A DNA stretch of 63,654 nucleotides, filler included, from Stramenopiles sp. TOSAG23-2 (GCA_900128395.1; 22 parts of 22 records of this genome joined end to end with filler, not necessarily neighbours in it); one strand, 5' to 3'; positions 1 through 12,603 are shown, counted from the whole stretch's first letter. The notes: a model not told the origin generated them from the sequence alone. A program made the numbers and translations.

Positions 1-543
1 TGGTGTTAAAAGTAAAAATACCTTTTGAGAGGCACGAAATTTATATACACACATACACACATATATTATCTTTTAATGGACAGTGCGCAGCGAAGAAACC
101 TGGAGTGTGCAGGGAAGAAATCTATTCAGTGTGGTGTTGTATTAGAGTGTATTAGAGTCCAGACGTGCATTTTAGAGCTTAATTAGTATCATAGGATTGA
201 CATTAGATATAAAATAAAATAAAAAATATTGATATATATCACAGTGTTTTAAAATAAAATTTTTAGTTTCTCTATTAATATTTCGTACGAACACTTCGTA
301 CGAAATTTCTTGTTACTGATATAAGTTAATTTTTTTACAGTGCGCGTTTATAAAAATCTTGAGAGGAGATGTGTTGTTCTTCTTCTTCTTTATTTTCGTC
401 GCGTACGAGCGTACGAGCTTTTACTCCCTTTTTCTCATTTTCTCACCACCCCCAACACCCTAAAAACACTCCGACACACACATAACACGCGCGCGAGCGC
501 CGTTAATTTACAACATTTACCATCATCATTTTTGTAAGATATC

Positions 544-2748
544 TCAATACACAGGTTCCCTGCCACTATCACACAAAACAATACATTCAACATCATACAA
601 ATTTCTATAATTTATAGCTAAATGTGGATTTTCTGGATCTAATTCTTTAGCACGTTCAAAATCTTCTGCAGCTAATTCATATTCTTTAATCGATTTATAC
701 GCAAATGCACGACGAAAATATGCATGTGCATTTCTTGGATTTAAATCAATAACATTTGTAAAACATCTAATAGCATCATCATATTCACCAACCATTTGTA
801 ATGATTTTGCAATTTCATGCATATCCATCTCTTCATCTAATAATTCTTGTTCCCTAATTTCTGGTGCTATGATTGATTTATCTAACGTATTGTTTGTTTG
901 TAACAATGCAGCATTATCTTTTGCTTTTCTGAAAAATTCCAATGCATTTTCATGGCGATCTGAATTTGCATATGCATATCCTAATGTTCTTTGTATATCA
1001 ATGCGTGATTTTGCAGTTGGATCGCATTTCAACGCTTCTTTTAAATCTCCAATAGCAGCATCAAATTCATGTAATAATAAACGTGATTCACCTCTTCGTT
1101 GATATAGGCGAGAGTCATTTGGATTGATATCAATAGCCTCGTTCATATCTTGTTCCGCACTACCTGGATCATCGACATCTAAAAAGCATAAACTACGATT
1201 CAATAAGAATTCTATATTCTCAGGAGCATGTTGCACAGCATCAGTTAAATCATCAATTGCTTCATCTAAATGGCCTAATGCTCTTTTTGTCATACCCCTA
1301 GCATTAAAAACTAGGGGATCAGTATATTTCAATTCAACTGCAGATTTAAAATCCAAGATAGCATTTTTCAAATCACCTAGGCGTAACAAGGATTCCCCGC
1401 GGTGGTAGTGGTTCTCACCAACTGTCTCATCAATTTTCAACGCAGTAGTAAAATCACCAACTGCTTTCATATGTGCTCTTAAATCTTGATAAACTAATCC
1501 ACGACTTTCATATACTAAACGATCATTTTCAGCATTTTCCAACACCATACTAAATACATCAACAGCTTCATCTAGACGATGTAACCTATGCAGCATTAAC
1601 CCGCGGTGATACAAGGACGGAGTGTGATTTGGATCCAACTCCAACGCCATTTCAAATTGCTCCAATGCAATTTCTTCTTCGCCATCACTTTGCTGCCGTG
1701 CTAACCCAACGGCATGGCGGTAACGTGCATCATTTGGTGCAAACCTACATGCTTCCTCAAAATCATTTAATGCCTTTCTATTTTCCTTCCTACTTAAACG
1801 TGCGTTGCCACGGTTAAAATAATAATTTGGATCTGGATTCTTCGCACTATCACGTGCTATTGCCTCATTTAAATCAGCAATTGCTTCATCAACATCTCCA
1901 CGATGGTACAATGCTAAACCTTTATTATTGTAAAACGTCGGATTGTCCGCATCGATACTAATACTATCTGAAAAACATTTAATGGCACTGTCATAATTTT
2001 TATTTTCAAAAAATGATAATCCTAAATTATTATGTGCAGATGGATTACGGGGCTCAAGATTCAATGCTTGAGATAAATCATCGATACTTTGATCCAATTG
2101 TTTCAATCTTCGATAACAATTACCACGGTTATAATACGCACGGTATGTAAATTTCTTATCCTTCAATGCAGTTGTAAAATCTTTAATACCTTTTTGATAC
2201 AAACCACAATCATAAAATGCCATACCACGGTGAAAAAATAAACTAGTATTCCCCGGTTCCAACGCTAAAGCAGCTTCGAAATCATTCAATGCTACTTGCG
2301 GTTTCCCTATTTTCCTATACGATTGTCCACGATTGGAATAATAATTAGCAGTTCCACTGTCTAAACGTATGGCACTTGAATAATCTAAAATTGCTTTATT
2401 ATATTCGTTAACTATACGATATGTATTTCCACGTGCAAAATAATATCTTGGATTATTTGATTTTAATGTAATAGCCATAGTATAACAATCCAATGCTTCT
2501 GCATATTCATTTTTGTTTTTTGCTTTTTTGGACAACGTCAGTCCAGATTTAAAATATTCTTGTGCTTTTTGCCCGGCCATTTTTTTCTCCGTACCACCTA
2601 ATGCTATTTTATTATTATTATTATTATTACTTGTTGATGGTGAGGAATCATTTTTTTTATTATTTATATTATTATCACTACTACCATCTTTTTGTTCAGA
2701 AGATGATGATGTATTTTTTTTTTTCATTTCTTCTTGTTTTGATGCCAT
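544..2748 (-). CDS. Multi-TPR (tetratricopeptide repeat) protein, 734 aa
   Basis: Many tandem 34-aa TPR motifs (e.g. AYYNRGNCYRRLKQLDQSIDDLSQALNLEPRN) after a low-complexity Ser/Asn N-terminus. ATG to TGA, no intron needed. Confidence 0.92.
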   Translation of the reverse strand: MASKQEEMKKKNTSSSSEQKDGSSDNNINNKKNDSSPSTSNNNNNNKIALGGTEKKMAGQKAQEYFKSGLTLSKKAKNKNEYAEALDCYTMAITLKSNNPRYYFARGNTYRIVNEYNKAILDYSSAIRLDSGTANYYSNRGQSYRKIGKPQVALNDFEAALALEPGNTSLFFHRGMAFYDCGLYQKGIKDFTTALKDKKFTYRAYYNRGNCYRRLKQLDQSIDDLSQALNLEPRNPSAHNNLGLSFFENKNYDSAIKCFSDSISIDADNPTFYNNKGLALYHRGDVDEAIADLNEAIARDSAKNPDPNYYFNRGNARLSRKENRKALNDFEEACRFAPNDARYRHAVGLARQQSDGEEEIALEQFEMALELDPNHTPSLYHRGLMLHRLHRLDEAVDVFSMVLENAENDRLVYESRGLVYQDLRAHMKAVGDFTTALKIDETVGENHYHRGESLLRLGDLKNAILDFKSAVELKYTDPLVFNARGMTKRALGHLDEAIDDLTDAVQHAPENIEFLLNRSLCFLDVDDPGSAEQDMNEAIDINPNDSRLYQRRGESRLLLHEFDAAIGDLKEALKCDPTAKSRIDIQRTLGYAYANSDRHENALEFFRKAKDNAALLQTNNTLDKSIIAPEIREQELLDEEMDMHEIAKSLQMVGEYDDAIRCFTNVIDLNPRNAHAYFRRAFAYKSIKEYELAAEDFERAKELDPENPHLAINYRNLYDVECIVLCDSGREPVY

Positions 2749-2824
2749 TCTTTTTTGTCGTTTATATATATATATCTTTTCAGAATATTATAAATACGAT
2801 GTTCAGTTAGAGATCGATATACAC

Positions 2825-2924
2825 NNNNNNNNNNNNNNNNNNNNNNNNNNNNNNNNNNNNNNNNNNNNTTAATTAATTAANNNNNNNNNNNNNNNNNNNN
2901 NNNNNNNNNNNNNNNNNNNNNNNN
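2825..2924. other. Artificial contig linker N44-TTAATTAATTAA-N44 (first of 21)
   Basis: Identical 100-bp six-frame-stop linkers start at 2825, 5747, 8668, 11585, 14500, 17415, 20323, 23229, 26132, 29035, 31929, 34823, 37717, 40609, 43497, 46384, 49270, 52153, 55030, 57906 and 60781. The contigs between them decrease in length. Confidence 0.99.
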
Positions 2925-4616
2925 CCTTCTACTAATGATGTAAATCAACCAAAAGCTGGTGAAAACAGCGACAATTTACCAACTGCTAAAATGCCTGTAT
3001 CAACAGATCACAACTTTAACACATCTACACTGATATCTACAAAAAATGATAATATTAATAATATTATTGACAATACTAAAAATAACGTTGATATTGTTAA
3101 AATTTCCAAGAAGTCCCCTAGTAAGAAAAAAATCAATAAAAAGTCACCTCCACCAAGCATTAAACCACAACATGATTATTCTGCACACAACATTCTCGTA
3201 ACGAAGAACGATTACCCGCCCCCAAAACAAGAAGGCGAACGGACTGTGAAGCTGACAGCTTACCAAAAAAAAGAATTGTTGAAGCAAAAAGAAACTGTGA
3301 CGCGGTTGAAAGATGAGAAAAGTCGAATTTTACAACTAATTAGAGATATTGTGCTTACCGATAAAAGTACAGAAAGTAAAATATATGAAATTGAAAAAGA
3401 AGTACAAGGCTTAACCAATACGCTAACAAATTTGGGAGCAGCAGCCGAGGTGAAAGGCAGAATTGCGCAAAAAATAGAAAAAGCAGAGATCGATAGTAGA
3501 GAACAATTGCACTATCATAAAGTTTTACATTTAATGACAGCTAGATTAAAAACACAGCAGAAAGTTTTGAAGGCGAAAATTCGGACGTTGCAATTAGAGG
3601 AAACTGAATCAAAGAAAGAACTCAAGCAATTAGAACTTTTAAGCGGTAGGTTACACAATACAGTACAAGTTGCCGAGTTAAAATTGTCCAAAGAACAAGA
3701 AGTTAGTGATGCCAAAATTGCATGGCAAAAAGAATCAATGCGTCGGATTAATTTGCAAATCTCAGATTTAGAAGCTATGCAAAAACTCCGAATAGAATCA
3801 AATCAACGTATTCGTGAAACTCAACAACAAGCTAAAGGAGATTTATCCGCAGATGCCGAAGAAGCGTTGGTTCAAGCCGCAACTGGGTCAAAGTTTAAAT
3901 CATCTTTTCTAGCAGTGACTAATGAAGCAGAGAAGGAGCGAATCCATAAATTTCGAGAAAATTTAGGGGAATTGAAGAAACTGACACAAAAAGTTAGTGC
4001 TGATGAGATTTTAGAATATGATCAAATAATTTTGAAGAAGAAAGAAACACTACCGATTGTACATAAAAATTTAGAAGATCAAATTGAGGCATTAAAACTT
4101 GAAATACAATCAATTGCAGATGATGTTGCATTTTTGAATTTAGAAGATCACCAACCTTATGAAGAAATGTTAGATTTAGAGATCCAACTATACAAAGCTA
4201 ACAAAACAGAGTCGAGGCAAGAATCGGTTGAAACAAATTATTATAGAAATATAGCATTGAAAATGATACGTTTATTACGGATCATCTTGATACAATTATT
4301 CAGTAATGCCGATGATGAAATAAAAAATCTAGTTTTAGATGACGCATCATTGCTAAAAAATATTGTTCCACCATATACAGAGGAGCAAATTACAACATTT
4401 TTCAAACTTTTTGACAACATAAATACAAAAGAAGCTTTTAAAGAAAATATGAATATAAATAGCACGTCGATGACAGAAATAAACAAGAATATTAATTTAT
4501 TATATGACCCGACATTAAAATATGAAAACGATGAAAATAATGAAAGCTTTAAAATTGTTCAAAGCTTTTTAAAATTAATACGGGATAAGGCAAATAGTAT
4601 TTTGGAAGATATATGA
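2925..4616 (+). CDS. Long coiled-coil protein, probably 5'-partial
   Basis: The frame is open from the contig edge (22 codons before ATG 2991). The middle region is heptad-rich in E/K/Q/L. Family not recognised. Confidence 0.75.
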   Translation, partial: PSTNDVNQPKAGENSDNLPTAKMPVSTDHNFNTSTLISTKNDNINNIIDNTKNNVDIVKISKKSPSKKKINKKSPPPSIKPQHDYSAHNILVTKNDYPPPKQEGERTVKLTAYQKKELLKQKETVTRLKDEKSRILQLIRDIVLTDKSTESKIYEIEKEVQGLTNTLTNLGAAAEVKGRIAQKIEKAEIDSREQLHYHKVLHLMTARLKTQQKVLKAKIRTLQLEETESKKELKQLELLSGRLHNTVQVAELKLSKEQEVSDAKIAWQKESMRRINLQISDLEAMQKLRIESNQRIRETQQQAKGDLSADAEEALVQAATGSKFKSSFLAVTNEAEKERIHKFRENLGELKKLTQKVSADEILEYDQIILKKKETLPIVHKNLEDQIEALKLEIQSIADDVAFLNLEDHQPYEEMLDLEIQLYKANKTESRQESVETNYYRNIALKMIRLLRIILIQLFSNADDEIKNLVLDDASLLKNIVPPYTEEQITTFFKLFDNINTKEAFKENMNINSTSMTEINKNINLLYDPTLKYENDENNESFKIVQSFLKLIRDKANSILEDI

Positions 4617-4784
4617 TTGAAGAAGGAGAGACAGGAAGTGTGTAAAGCGAGACACATCGTAAAAATGGAAATATCTTTTTCTCTGTGTGTGTGTGTATAA
4701 TATGTATCTTAATATACGAGTATATAATACGACCGTATAATTATGCGTAAATTAAATATATTACGTATTCTATTTTTATCTTTT

Positions 4785-5746
4785 CTATAATAAGTGTTTC
4801 CGCTCGTCCTCACTTTCCACCCTATCATCACCATCTTGATTATCTAGTTCGACTTCACCTGTTTTGACCCGACGTTCTTGAAAACATTTGCATAAATGAA
4901 AACTAACAATAAGTACAGGAGAAGTCAAATTCATCAATGTTATCAAAAACCACATCATTCGTGATCTTCTCGTACCAACTACAGGGCAATATATACTTAA
5001 TAAACCTCCACTCACAAGCCCAGTAAATAACTTTACAAAAAAAAATGGAGCGTTGCTCAGCGCCGAAAATAACCCTTCTTGTCCGATAGGAGCAACAGTA
5101 TTCATCGCATACTCATTGAATTTTGGTACCCAAATAGCTTCACCCACAGCAAGGGTCACAATGCACAGAATTATGGCAGCAATAGATGGCTTTAGAAATA
5201 CCAACCATAATGATGAAATAGCTGTAATAGATGTACCAATAATTAAGCAAAGTATTTTGTCATGTTTGTATATATACACATTGACTGCCATTGTGAAAAA
5301 TACCAAAAACAATGGATTCATACCAAGAATAATACCAAAATTAACTTTTTTACCGAGTTCTCGTTCAATAAATTGTGGCATAGTTGCATCCATATGTCGA
5401 AACAGCATACGTACACCTGTTAACAGAAAACACAAAAGTGTAAATGTCCAAAATTGTGCTTGTCCAACCATATATGAAATTAAATTACAGACGGATCTGG
5501 TCGGTTTGTTTTGAAATGGTTGTGATATCCAACCACTTTTAAGTACTTTTTCTGTCTTATTGTTATTACGATTTTGACGTTTACTTCGTAAATATTCTAG
5601 CTCTTCTTCTGGTATTTCACTAATATTTTGTCCCAATTTTCGTGTATTGTCCTTATAAATGTACACAAGTTCCATATCAAAAACATGAAAATAAGCTATT
5701 ACTAGCATAATAAATGTACAGAAAGCGGTAAACAAATTGATGTAAC
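4785..5746 (-). CDS. MFS transporter, POT/PTR-like, C-terminal half (5'-partial)
   Basis: Several TM helices and motifs NPLFLVFF, GEAIWVPKFNEY and APIGQEGLF, as in proton-dependent oligopeptide transporter-like MFS proteins. Runs off the contig end. Confidence 0.8.
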
Positions 5747-5883
5747 NNNNNNNNNNNNNNNNNNNNNNNNNNNNNNNNNNNNNNNNNNNNTTAATTAATT
5801 AANNNNNNNNNNNNNNNNNNNNNNNNNNNNNNNNNNNNNNNNNNNNGACAACAGTTCGTTCCAGGTGCTTCGTTAATTAGTTA

Positions 5884-8660
5884 TTAATAATCATCAATTC
5901 CTAAATCTTTCCCTTCTTCTAATGCTACAATACCATCGCCTTTATCTGTTTTCTCTTCATCATCGTTTCCTCCCGACTTTTTTCTAGCTCTTTTTTTTTT
6001 CAATATTTTGTTGTTGTCGCAAATCGCAGCTGCAACTTCCATTGGAAGAACGCGCCCACGTGGAATTGCTCCAACTTTTAATTCTGATGGCGGCATAAAT
6101 AAATTTCTCATATCTGTTGTAACACCATTAACTACTGTTAATACTTGTTTGGATTGTATTTCTGGATCAGCATTTTGACGTGCTTGTATGCCACATGTCG
6201 TCTTTGGAACAAAAAATGCTGGATCCTTTATTGGACCTTTATTTTTTGTTATATTAAGTTTCGAACTTCGTTTTTCCTTTGTTGTTTTGAGTAACATGGA
6301 TTTTCCTTTACGTGGTTTACCTGAAATGCATCTTGATGGTATATTTTGTTTGCCTTGACTATCTACAAGTACCTCATACACTATATCGATTTGCTCTTCA
6401 TCTTTTTGTTCATCATCATTATCATATTTTCCTTTCTTTCGTAAAATTGTTCCAAAAACTTTACGGCCATTATGTGTTACTTTTACTCGATTGCCAGTTC
6501 TCCAGTCAGTATCGCGTTTTACATGCCCAACAATTTTTTTTGCTTGTCTTTTTATATTTTTTTTACTAATTTTTTTATTAGCTTTAGATGCTTTTGTTTC
6601 TTTCAAATAATGTGGTTGCATGCCGTTTTTTTCTTCTGAATTGAAATACTCTGATTGTATAAGATCCAAACCATTTTCAATAGGAACATTGCTTTTTTTA
6701 CTATTGTTGTCTTGCATATCGTCCGTATCAGTTGTACCATCAGAATCATCATTGCCATCATCATCGTTATCATCAGAACTACTTGACTCATCCCCCCCCC
6801 CAATCAGAATCATCCCACATATATTCCCGTACTATTGGTGTTGTAGTAGCATCTATAAATAAAATTTCTGTGGGCAATTTCGATACATTGTTTCTTTTTC
6901 TATCTGTCAATTTTGGCTGTAACACTTGATCTTGAAGCATATATCCACCCCCAATCCCAGCAGCCATCCAACATAACCAAAGGGGACATCGTTGATCATC
7001 CATGGATGAAGGCTTATTTGAAAACGGAACTAGAGGCTTGTATACGAGCTCACCAGTGTTTGAATGTTTGATTTGTTTAATTGCTTGAATCATCGGGCCA
7101 AATGCAGCCAAACGAGGGATGGAGACGTTATCTTGTCCATCTGTTAGAGCTAAAATTTGTACAGGCGGTTCACCATTTTCGCGAATAAAGCTTTGAAAGT
7201 CAATTTTTTTCAGAATAGGCGCAATAAACTCCAGCGTCTTTACTAAAGGCTCATTAAACCACGTTGAACTTCCAAGGCATATATTAAATCGATTTATAGG
7301 TGGATCTGAAGGTCTTCTTAAAAGTATTTGTGTTTCACCAGGTGCTGCCATTAACAATGTTAGAGTAGAACCTCTTTTTGGATGCATAACATTATGCAAT
7401 GCCAACATTAATGCATTAAACGTAGTCTCATCACATCCCATACTGCCAGATTTATCTAAAAATGCTACACGAAGTGGTAAATCATCAACGGTAAGAGTTT
7501 CACTGAGAGTACTCCAAATTTCCTGACTTCGTGCCATTCGTATTAATTGCTTATTGGAAAGACCATCCATTATATTATCATCCTCCTCTTCATCATCGTC
7601 AGTGTCCCATTCATTTAAATACGTTTCATCATCACCAAGAATTTTTCCATCCATCTTTTTATTGGGAAGATGTAACCTCTTAATTTTCTTTTGACACGTT
7701 TTGGAAGCTTCAAAAACTGGATCAAATGTTCTTTTTTCTTTTTTTTTAGTTGGCGCCATTTGTTTTAATAATGTGATAGCACGAGATCTATTCTCCTTTG
7801 CAGTTGTTTTTAATTCATCCGCCTTTGAAAGATCTTTTTTAATTTGTTTCAAATCTTTTTTTAATGATTTAATCTTATGGTGATGCTTACAATAATCACA
7901 ATGGCATCTACGAATGATTGGTTTTCCATCCTCGTCTCTTTTAATCTCTTCTTCACCTTTTTTTGTTTATAAACTTCCTCGTACGTTTTTCTTCAGTTTC
8001 ATGAAGAATTGTACCCGGACACATACCTAATAAATCCTTTCCTTTTTTAACAGCATCGGCTGGAGTACATTCCCAGGCTATTATAATTTCAATATTATTA
8101 TCTTTTTCATCTTCATTTTTGTTGTTATTTACTGGTTGTTTATTTTTGATAATGTCAACCGCTAAATTATATAATTCTGTAAATGGTCCAGGTGGGCAAT
8201 TTTCTGTACAACATTGAAGTAGGAGATCCTCCGGAAATAAAAGCTCCGGAATAGCTGTTTTATCTGCAACTTTTTTCTTTCCAAAATTTACACAACGAAT
8301 GGCCTCTTTCGAGGGACATTCTACTCGCGATAGATTATTGCTTGCCATGACTAACAAAGAATTTTTCGCTAGAATTTCTAACTTGGATATTTCCTCCTTT
8401 AAAATTCCACGAAATTTCTTTAATTGTGATATGATATTTTTATTTCTTACAAGTACGGCAGAATAATCTTTTTTTTGATTCTTTAAGATTCCCATTGTTT
8501 TCGACATGCTATTTTTCGTTTCAATGTCGACTTGATTATCTGACTCAACATATTCATCATATAACTCTTCAAATCTAATACATGTTCTTTTAAAAGCTTT
8601 ATTACTATAATTTGGTTTCCGTAAAGTAGGTATATTCCAAAGATCGAGTTTGGATGACAT
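5884..8660 (-). CDS. Single vWA-domain protein split into three ORFs by two homopolymer frameshifts
   Basis: ORF 6788-7852 has MIDAS motifs (FLDKSGSM, LTDGQDN). Removing one A from A7 (7958-7964) and one G from G10 (6792-6801) joins ORFs 7953-8660, 6788-7852 and 5884-6813. The join restores a CHCDYC motif, and a Tudor-like segment (WRTGNRVKV...VYEVLVD) lies near the C-terminus. Confidence 0.75.
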
Positions 8661-8846
8661 TGCTATTNNNNNNNNNNNNNNNNNNNNNNNNNNNNNNNNN
8701 NNNNNNNNNNNTTAATTAATTAANNNNNNNNNNNNNNNNNNNNNNNNNNNNNNNNNNNNNNNNNNNNTAATAATAATAATAATTTAAACTACGTAGCAAA
8801 AACGAGTGTTAGAGAAAGAGAAAAAAAATAATAACAAAACATCATC

Positions 8847-10980
8847 ATGTCATCAATGATTATTGGACCAACAGAATTAAATGCTGCATTTAAAGACCCT
8901 GGTTATACTTTTCAATCCAATATTGTTACAAATAGTGCGTTGGAATTATGTTCACAATATGGTAAAACGCCGGAAGAATTAGCATTGCAATACGAATCGT
9001 TTGCCGTCACTGCAAACATACAAAGCAATGAGATCGATGCTGCATTAATTGGGCGATTACGTACATTTTTAGCAAAACAAGAACGAAAACGTAAAAACAA
9101 CAACAATCGTGGGAATCAAACTGCTAGGAAAGCAATGAAATATAGTAGAAACAACAAACAAGTTAGTTTTTCAAAAGGACCAAATATGAATCAACATTCT
9201 ATGATGATTGATAATCAAAAAAATGCAGCATCTAAAACGCCATCACCAAGTCAATATAAAGTTGGTAGCAATGGACAACAGCAGCAGCAGCAACAACAAC
9301 AATACAACAAAAAACCAACACCACCAACACAATCGTTTCAACGTAAATCTGGTATGATGAATAAAAACAATAATAATAATAATAATTATCCAAAAAAAAA
9401 AAATAAATTAAGAATGAAAAGTTCATACAAAGATCGTGCAAAACGTGGTCAAATATTACACAATGCGACGTACAACCAAGAGCTGTTGAAAAATACAATG
9501 GATTTAAATGATATTCAACAAGGATATAGTGCATCTAGATGTACCATACAAGTTATGTCGAAATTGAAAAAAACATATCCATTTATGTATACACCACCAA
9601 CGACAAAAGCAATGAAATTGGAAGAACAATTTCATATTGTATCAAAAGAAATTATGAATAAACATAAATTAAGTAATGTTTCTCAAGTTGGTGTGCCAAA
9701 TCAAGAATCCGTATTAGTATTAGGGCGCATTTGCTGCGAAGCATCATTGACTGGTAATGGTATTTTAAACGAAGAAAGTGTATGGTTAGAAGGTTCCAAA
9801 GAAGATTCAAATGGTGTACGTGTACGTTTAAATTTACAATCCGTAAAAGAATTTTCAATTTTCCCTGGACAAATTGTTGGATGTAAAGGTATATGCCCAG
9901 ATGGTGAAACGATGACCGTAGAACGTTTATATACAAATGCATCTTTGGAACAAATGAAAACATCACCAGAAAAATTGTTGGAATTCAATCATGGTAGCTC
10001 GTACCTTGATAATAAACCAATGCAAGTTATGATCAGTGCTGGACCATATTGTGTATTGGATGATTTAGAATATGATCCATTAGGTGATATTTTAGATGAA
10101 GCGAAAAATACAAATCCAGATGTATTAATTTTAGCAGGACCATTTGTTGATGTGAAAAATGATAAAATCAATAATGGTGAAGTTTGTAAGTATACTATAT
10201 ATATATATACAAATTATTTCAACATTACTAACAATGATATATATAAATAAATATACAGATTTTAAAATAGGGGAAGATGAAGAACCAATGGAATTAAATT
10301 TTAAAGATTTATTTTCCATGCAAGTAGTACAAAAAATTGATTTATTTTTAGAATCAAATCCAAATACACGCATAGTAATTGTACCAAGCCCAAATGATGC
10401 ACATCATCCATCCGTTTTTCCACAATCACCATTCAATTTTCAAGAATTATTTGAAGGTTTTGTTGATAATGTGGAACGTTTACGACGTCAAGTAACATTA
10501 GTATCCAATCCATCAATGTTTAAAATTAATGAAATTGTTTTTGGTATTTCAACTACTGATATTATTAAACATTTAGGACCGGAAGATACAACACGTGTAG
10601 CAACAGGTCGTAAAGGTGGTTTATTTACACGATTACCATCGCATCTATGGAATCAACAATCATTTTATCCAATGTATCCACCAGGTAAAAACAGTACGTA
10701 TGATTTAAATCAAATGGAACATGTAGAAATGAATGTAAAACCAGATGTGTTGATTTTATCATCCATATTTAATCCAATAGCAGTTGAAATGGATAAAGTA
10801 ATAGTAGTAAATCCAGGACGGTTAACTAAAGGTTTAAATGGTGGTACGTTTGCTAGAATGACGATTAATCCATTGAATGAAGATTTAATCAATGAAGCAA
10901 GGGAAGATGAAACATCAAATCATGATGGTATTTACAATCAAGTATATAAACGTGCAGCTGTACAATTGATACGTATATAA
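8847..10980 (+). CDS. POLA2: DNA polymerase alpha subunit B (exons 8847-10185 and 10259-10980)
   Basis: Motifs GRICCE, FSIFPGQIV, AGPY, PDVLILAGPFVD, HPSVFPQSPF, QQSFYPMYP and VNPGRL. A GT-AG intron joins the two ORFs in frame (GEVYFKIG). Confidence 0.95.
10186..10258 (+). other. 73-nt spliceosomal intron in POLA2
   Basis: GTAAGT donor at 10186, TACTAAC branch point at 10226-10232, TACAG acceptor ending at 10258. Splicing restores the frame. Confidence 0.92.
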
Positions 10981-11501
10981 ATTTTATCAAATACCTCTGA
11001 TAAATGTGATACGAATTCTCGTATATATATAGATGTAAAAATATATATATTTTTACATCATATATCATTTTTAATATCATTAATTTTAATTTTATTGTGA
11101 CGCAAGGAAAAAAAAAAAAAGGAAGAGCGAAGGTTGAAAAGAAGGAAATTATATTAATGAACGCGGGACTGGAAAGACGATAAGACGAAATATTATGGGG
11201 AAAAATAGAGAGACCAGATACCAAATCAACAATACGAGCGCTAATCATATTTTATTTTCGTAAAAAATTTAAAAAATTAATTGAAAGAACCATTACATAT
11301 AATATACGTATGCATATGATACGCATATTAGATAATTGATGGTTAAAATCTAGATAATTTATCTAATATTTTTACGTATTACGTTCGTATTCTCTTGTAC
11401 TCTTTATAATAATACGAAGTATATATTTTATATATTTTTAATTCTCTCATCTGTTTTATTTTTTTAAATTTTTTTTTGTGGTGTTGCGTGCTGCGTTATT
11501 T

Positions 11502-11584
11502 TTAATGATTTAAATCACCATTACCTTCTCCTACATATCTACCATTTTCATCATAATAATTTGCTTTTCCACCTTTTGAACGTA
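11502..11584 (-). CDS. 3' end of an unknown gene convergent with POLA2
   Basis: Open frame from the contig edge: RSKGGKANYYDENGRYVGEGNGDLNH-TAA. Confidence 0.55.
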
Positions 11585-11881
11585 NNNNNNNNNNNNNNNN
11601 NNNNNNNNNNNNNNNNNNNNNNNNNNNNTTAATTAATTAANNNNNNNNNNNNNNNNNNNNNNNNNNNNNNNNNNNNNNNNNNNNTGTGTTTTTCTGCCAT
11701 GTTTTCTGTTTTTCATTTCCTATCATATTTATACTTAATGTCGTCCTTTTCATATACTCAGTAGATTTGTAGTGTTTTATATATTTGATAGGCCAGATTA
11801 GGTATTTTTTGTACTTGAGAGTGGGTAATATAGTCTGCGGCATGGGTAATAATTTTTCATATTTGTTTTTGAAATTAATTT

Positions 11882-12330
11882 TTAAAAATCTTCTTGAGTT
11901 AGCATTGCCACTCCCCGCTGTTTCCAGTGCAATTGCGACTTTTCAGTTGGTATTCTAATTTTCATGACAAAATTAGTAGAATGCCCTGTAGTAGATAACT
12001 CGCCTCGTCTATCACTAGTTTTGTAAACTGGACAATTGTATGGAAATCGCCCTTCTTTATCCTTTGTTGTGGGTTTTAACCATATCGTCGGTGCAAGAGA
12101 CGTCAATACGCCAATATCATTCTCAACAAGTAGTTTTTGTTCATAATCCCACGTCGCAGCTTCAATAAATAACCCAGTAATGTAGACGCCATCTTTCGGT
12201 TTTTTGCGTAAAGTTAATTTGCTCATCATCTCAAAATTAAAGCAGATATCGTCTATTGGAATGATGTGTTCACGCGCATGATTTTGTTTTGTGCCAGTTA
12301 AAAATGCTTGCGTAAAGAAAAATCCGGAGA
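11882..12330 (-). CDS. Axonemal dynein heavy chain, extreme C-terminal fragment
   Basis: SGFFFTQAFLTGTKQNHAR, GVYITGLFIEAATWD, YNCPVYKTSDRRGELSTTGHSTNFV and HWKQRGVAML, resembling inner-arm DNAH1/3/7-type tails. Truncated at a junction near 12330. Confidence 0.92.
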
Positions 12331-12461
12331 AATCTCGAGAATATAGAGTTTATACTAGGAATTGGTTAAAATTACTTCCATCATTAAACTCCAAAGAGCA
12401 ATGGCAGCTTCATTGGAAAGATGTTATAGATGAAGATGATGATAGTATGTTTGCTGAATAA
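12330..12461 (+). CDS. 3' end of an unknown gene, back-to-back with the dynein fragment
   Basis: Open frame KSREYRVYTRNWLKLLPSLNSKEQWQLHWKDVIDEDDDSMFAE-TAA with no start codon. Confidence 0.5.
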   Translation, partial: KSREYRVYTRNWLKLLPSLNSKEQWQLHWKDVIDEDDDSMFAE

Positions 12462-12603
12462 CTTATACGTACGATCGTAATATGTAAAACATACCGTGAA
12501 ACTTTACATTTGATGTACGCAAAGAACTGTTAGGTAAAAAATTAAATATTTTCATTTTTAATAATTTAGTTTTACGCATAATTTATTTTTTAATTTACTC
12601 GCA

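Noticed and set aside
869..2872. Short antisense or overlapping ORFs from the track, here and throughout the window
   Set aside because: They are shadows of real genes on the opposite strand or in other frames, with no recognisable motifs.
2869..2880. TTAATTAATTAA recurring every ~2.9 kb as a biological repeat
   Set aside because: It is always centred in N runs and is an artificial linker. ORFs in the track that end in X...LIN are linker artefacts.
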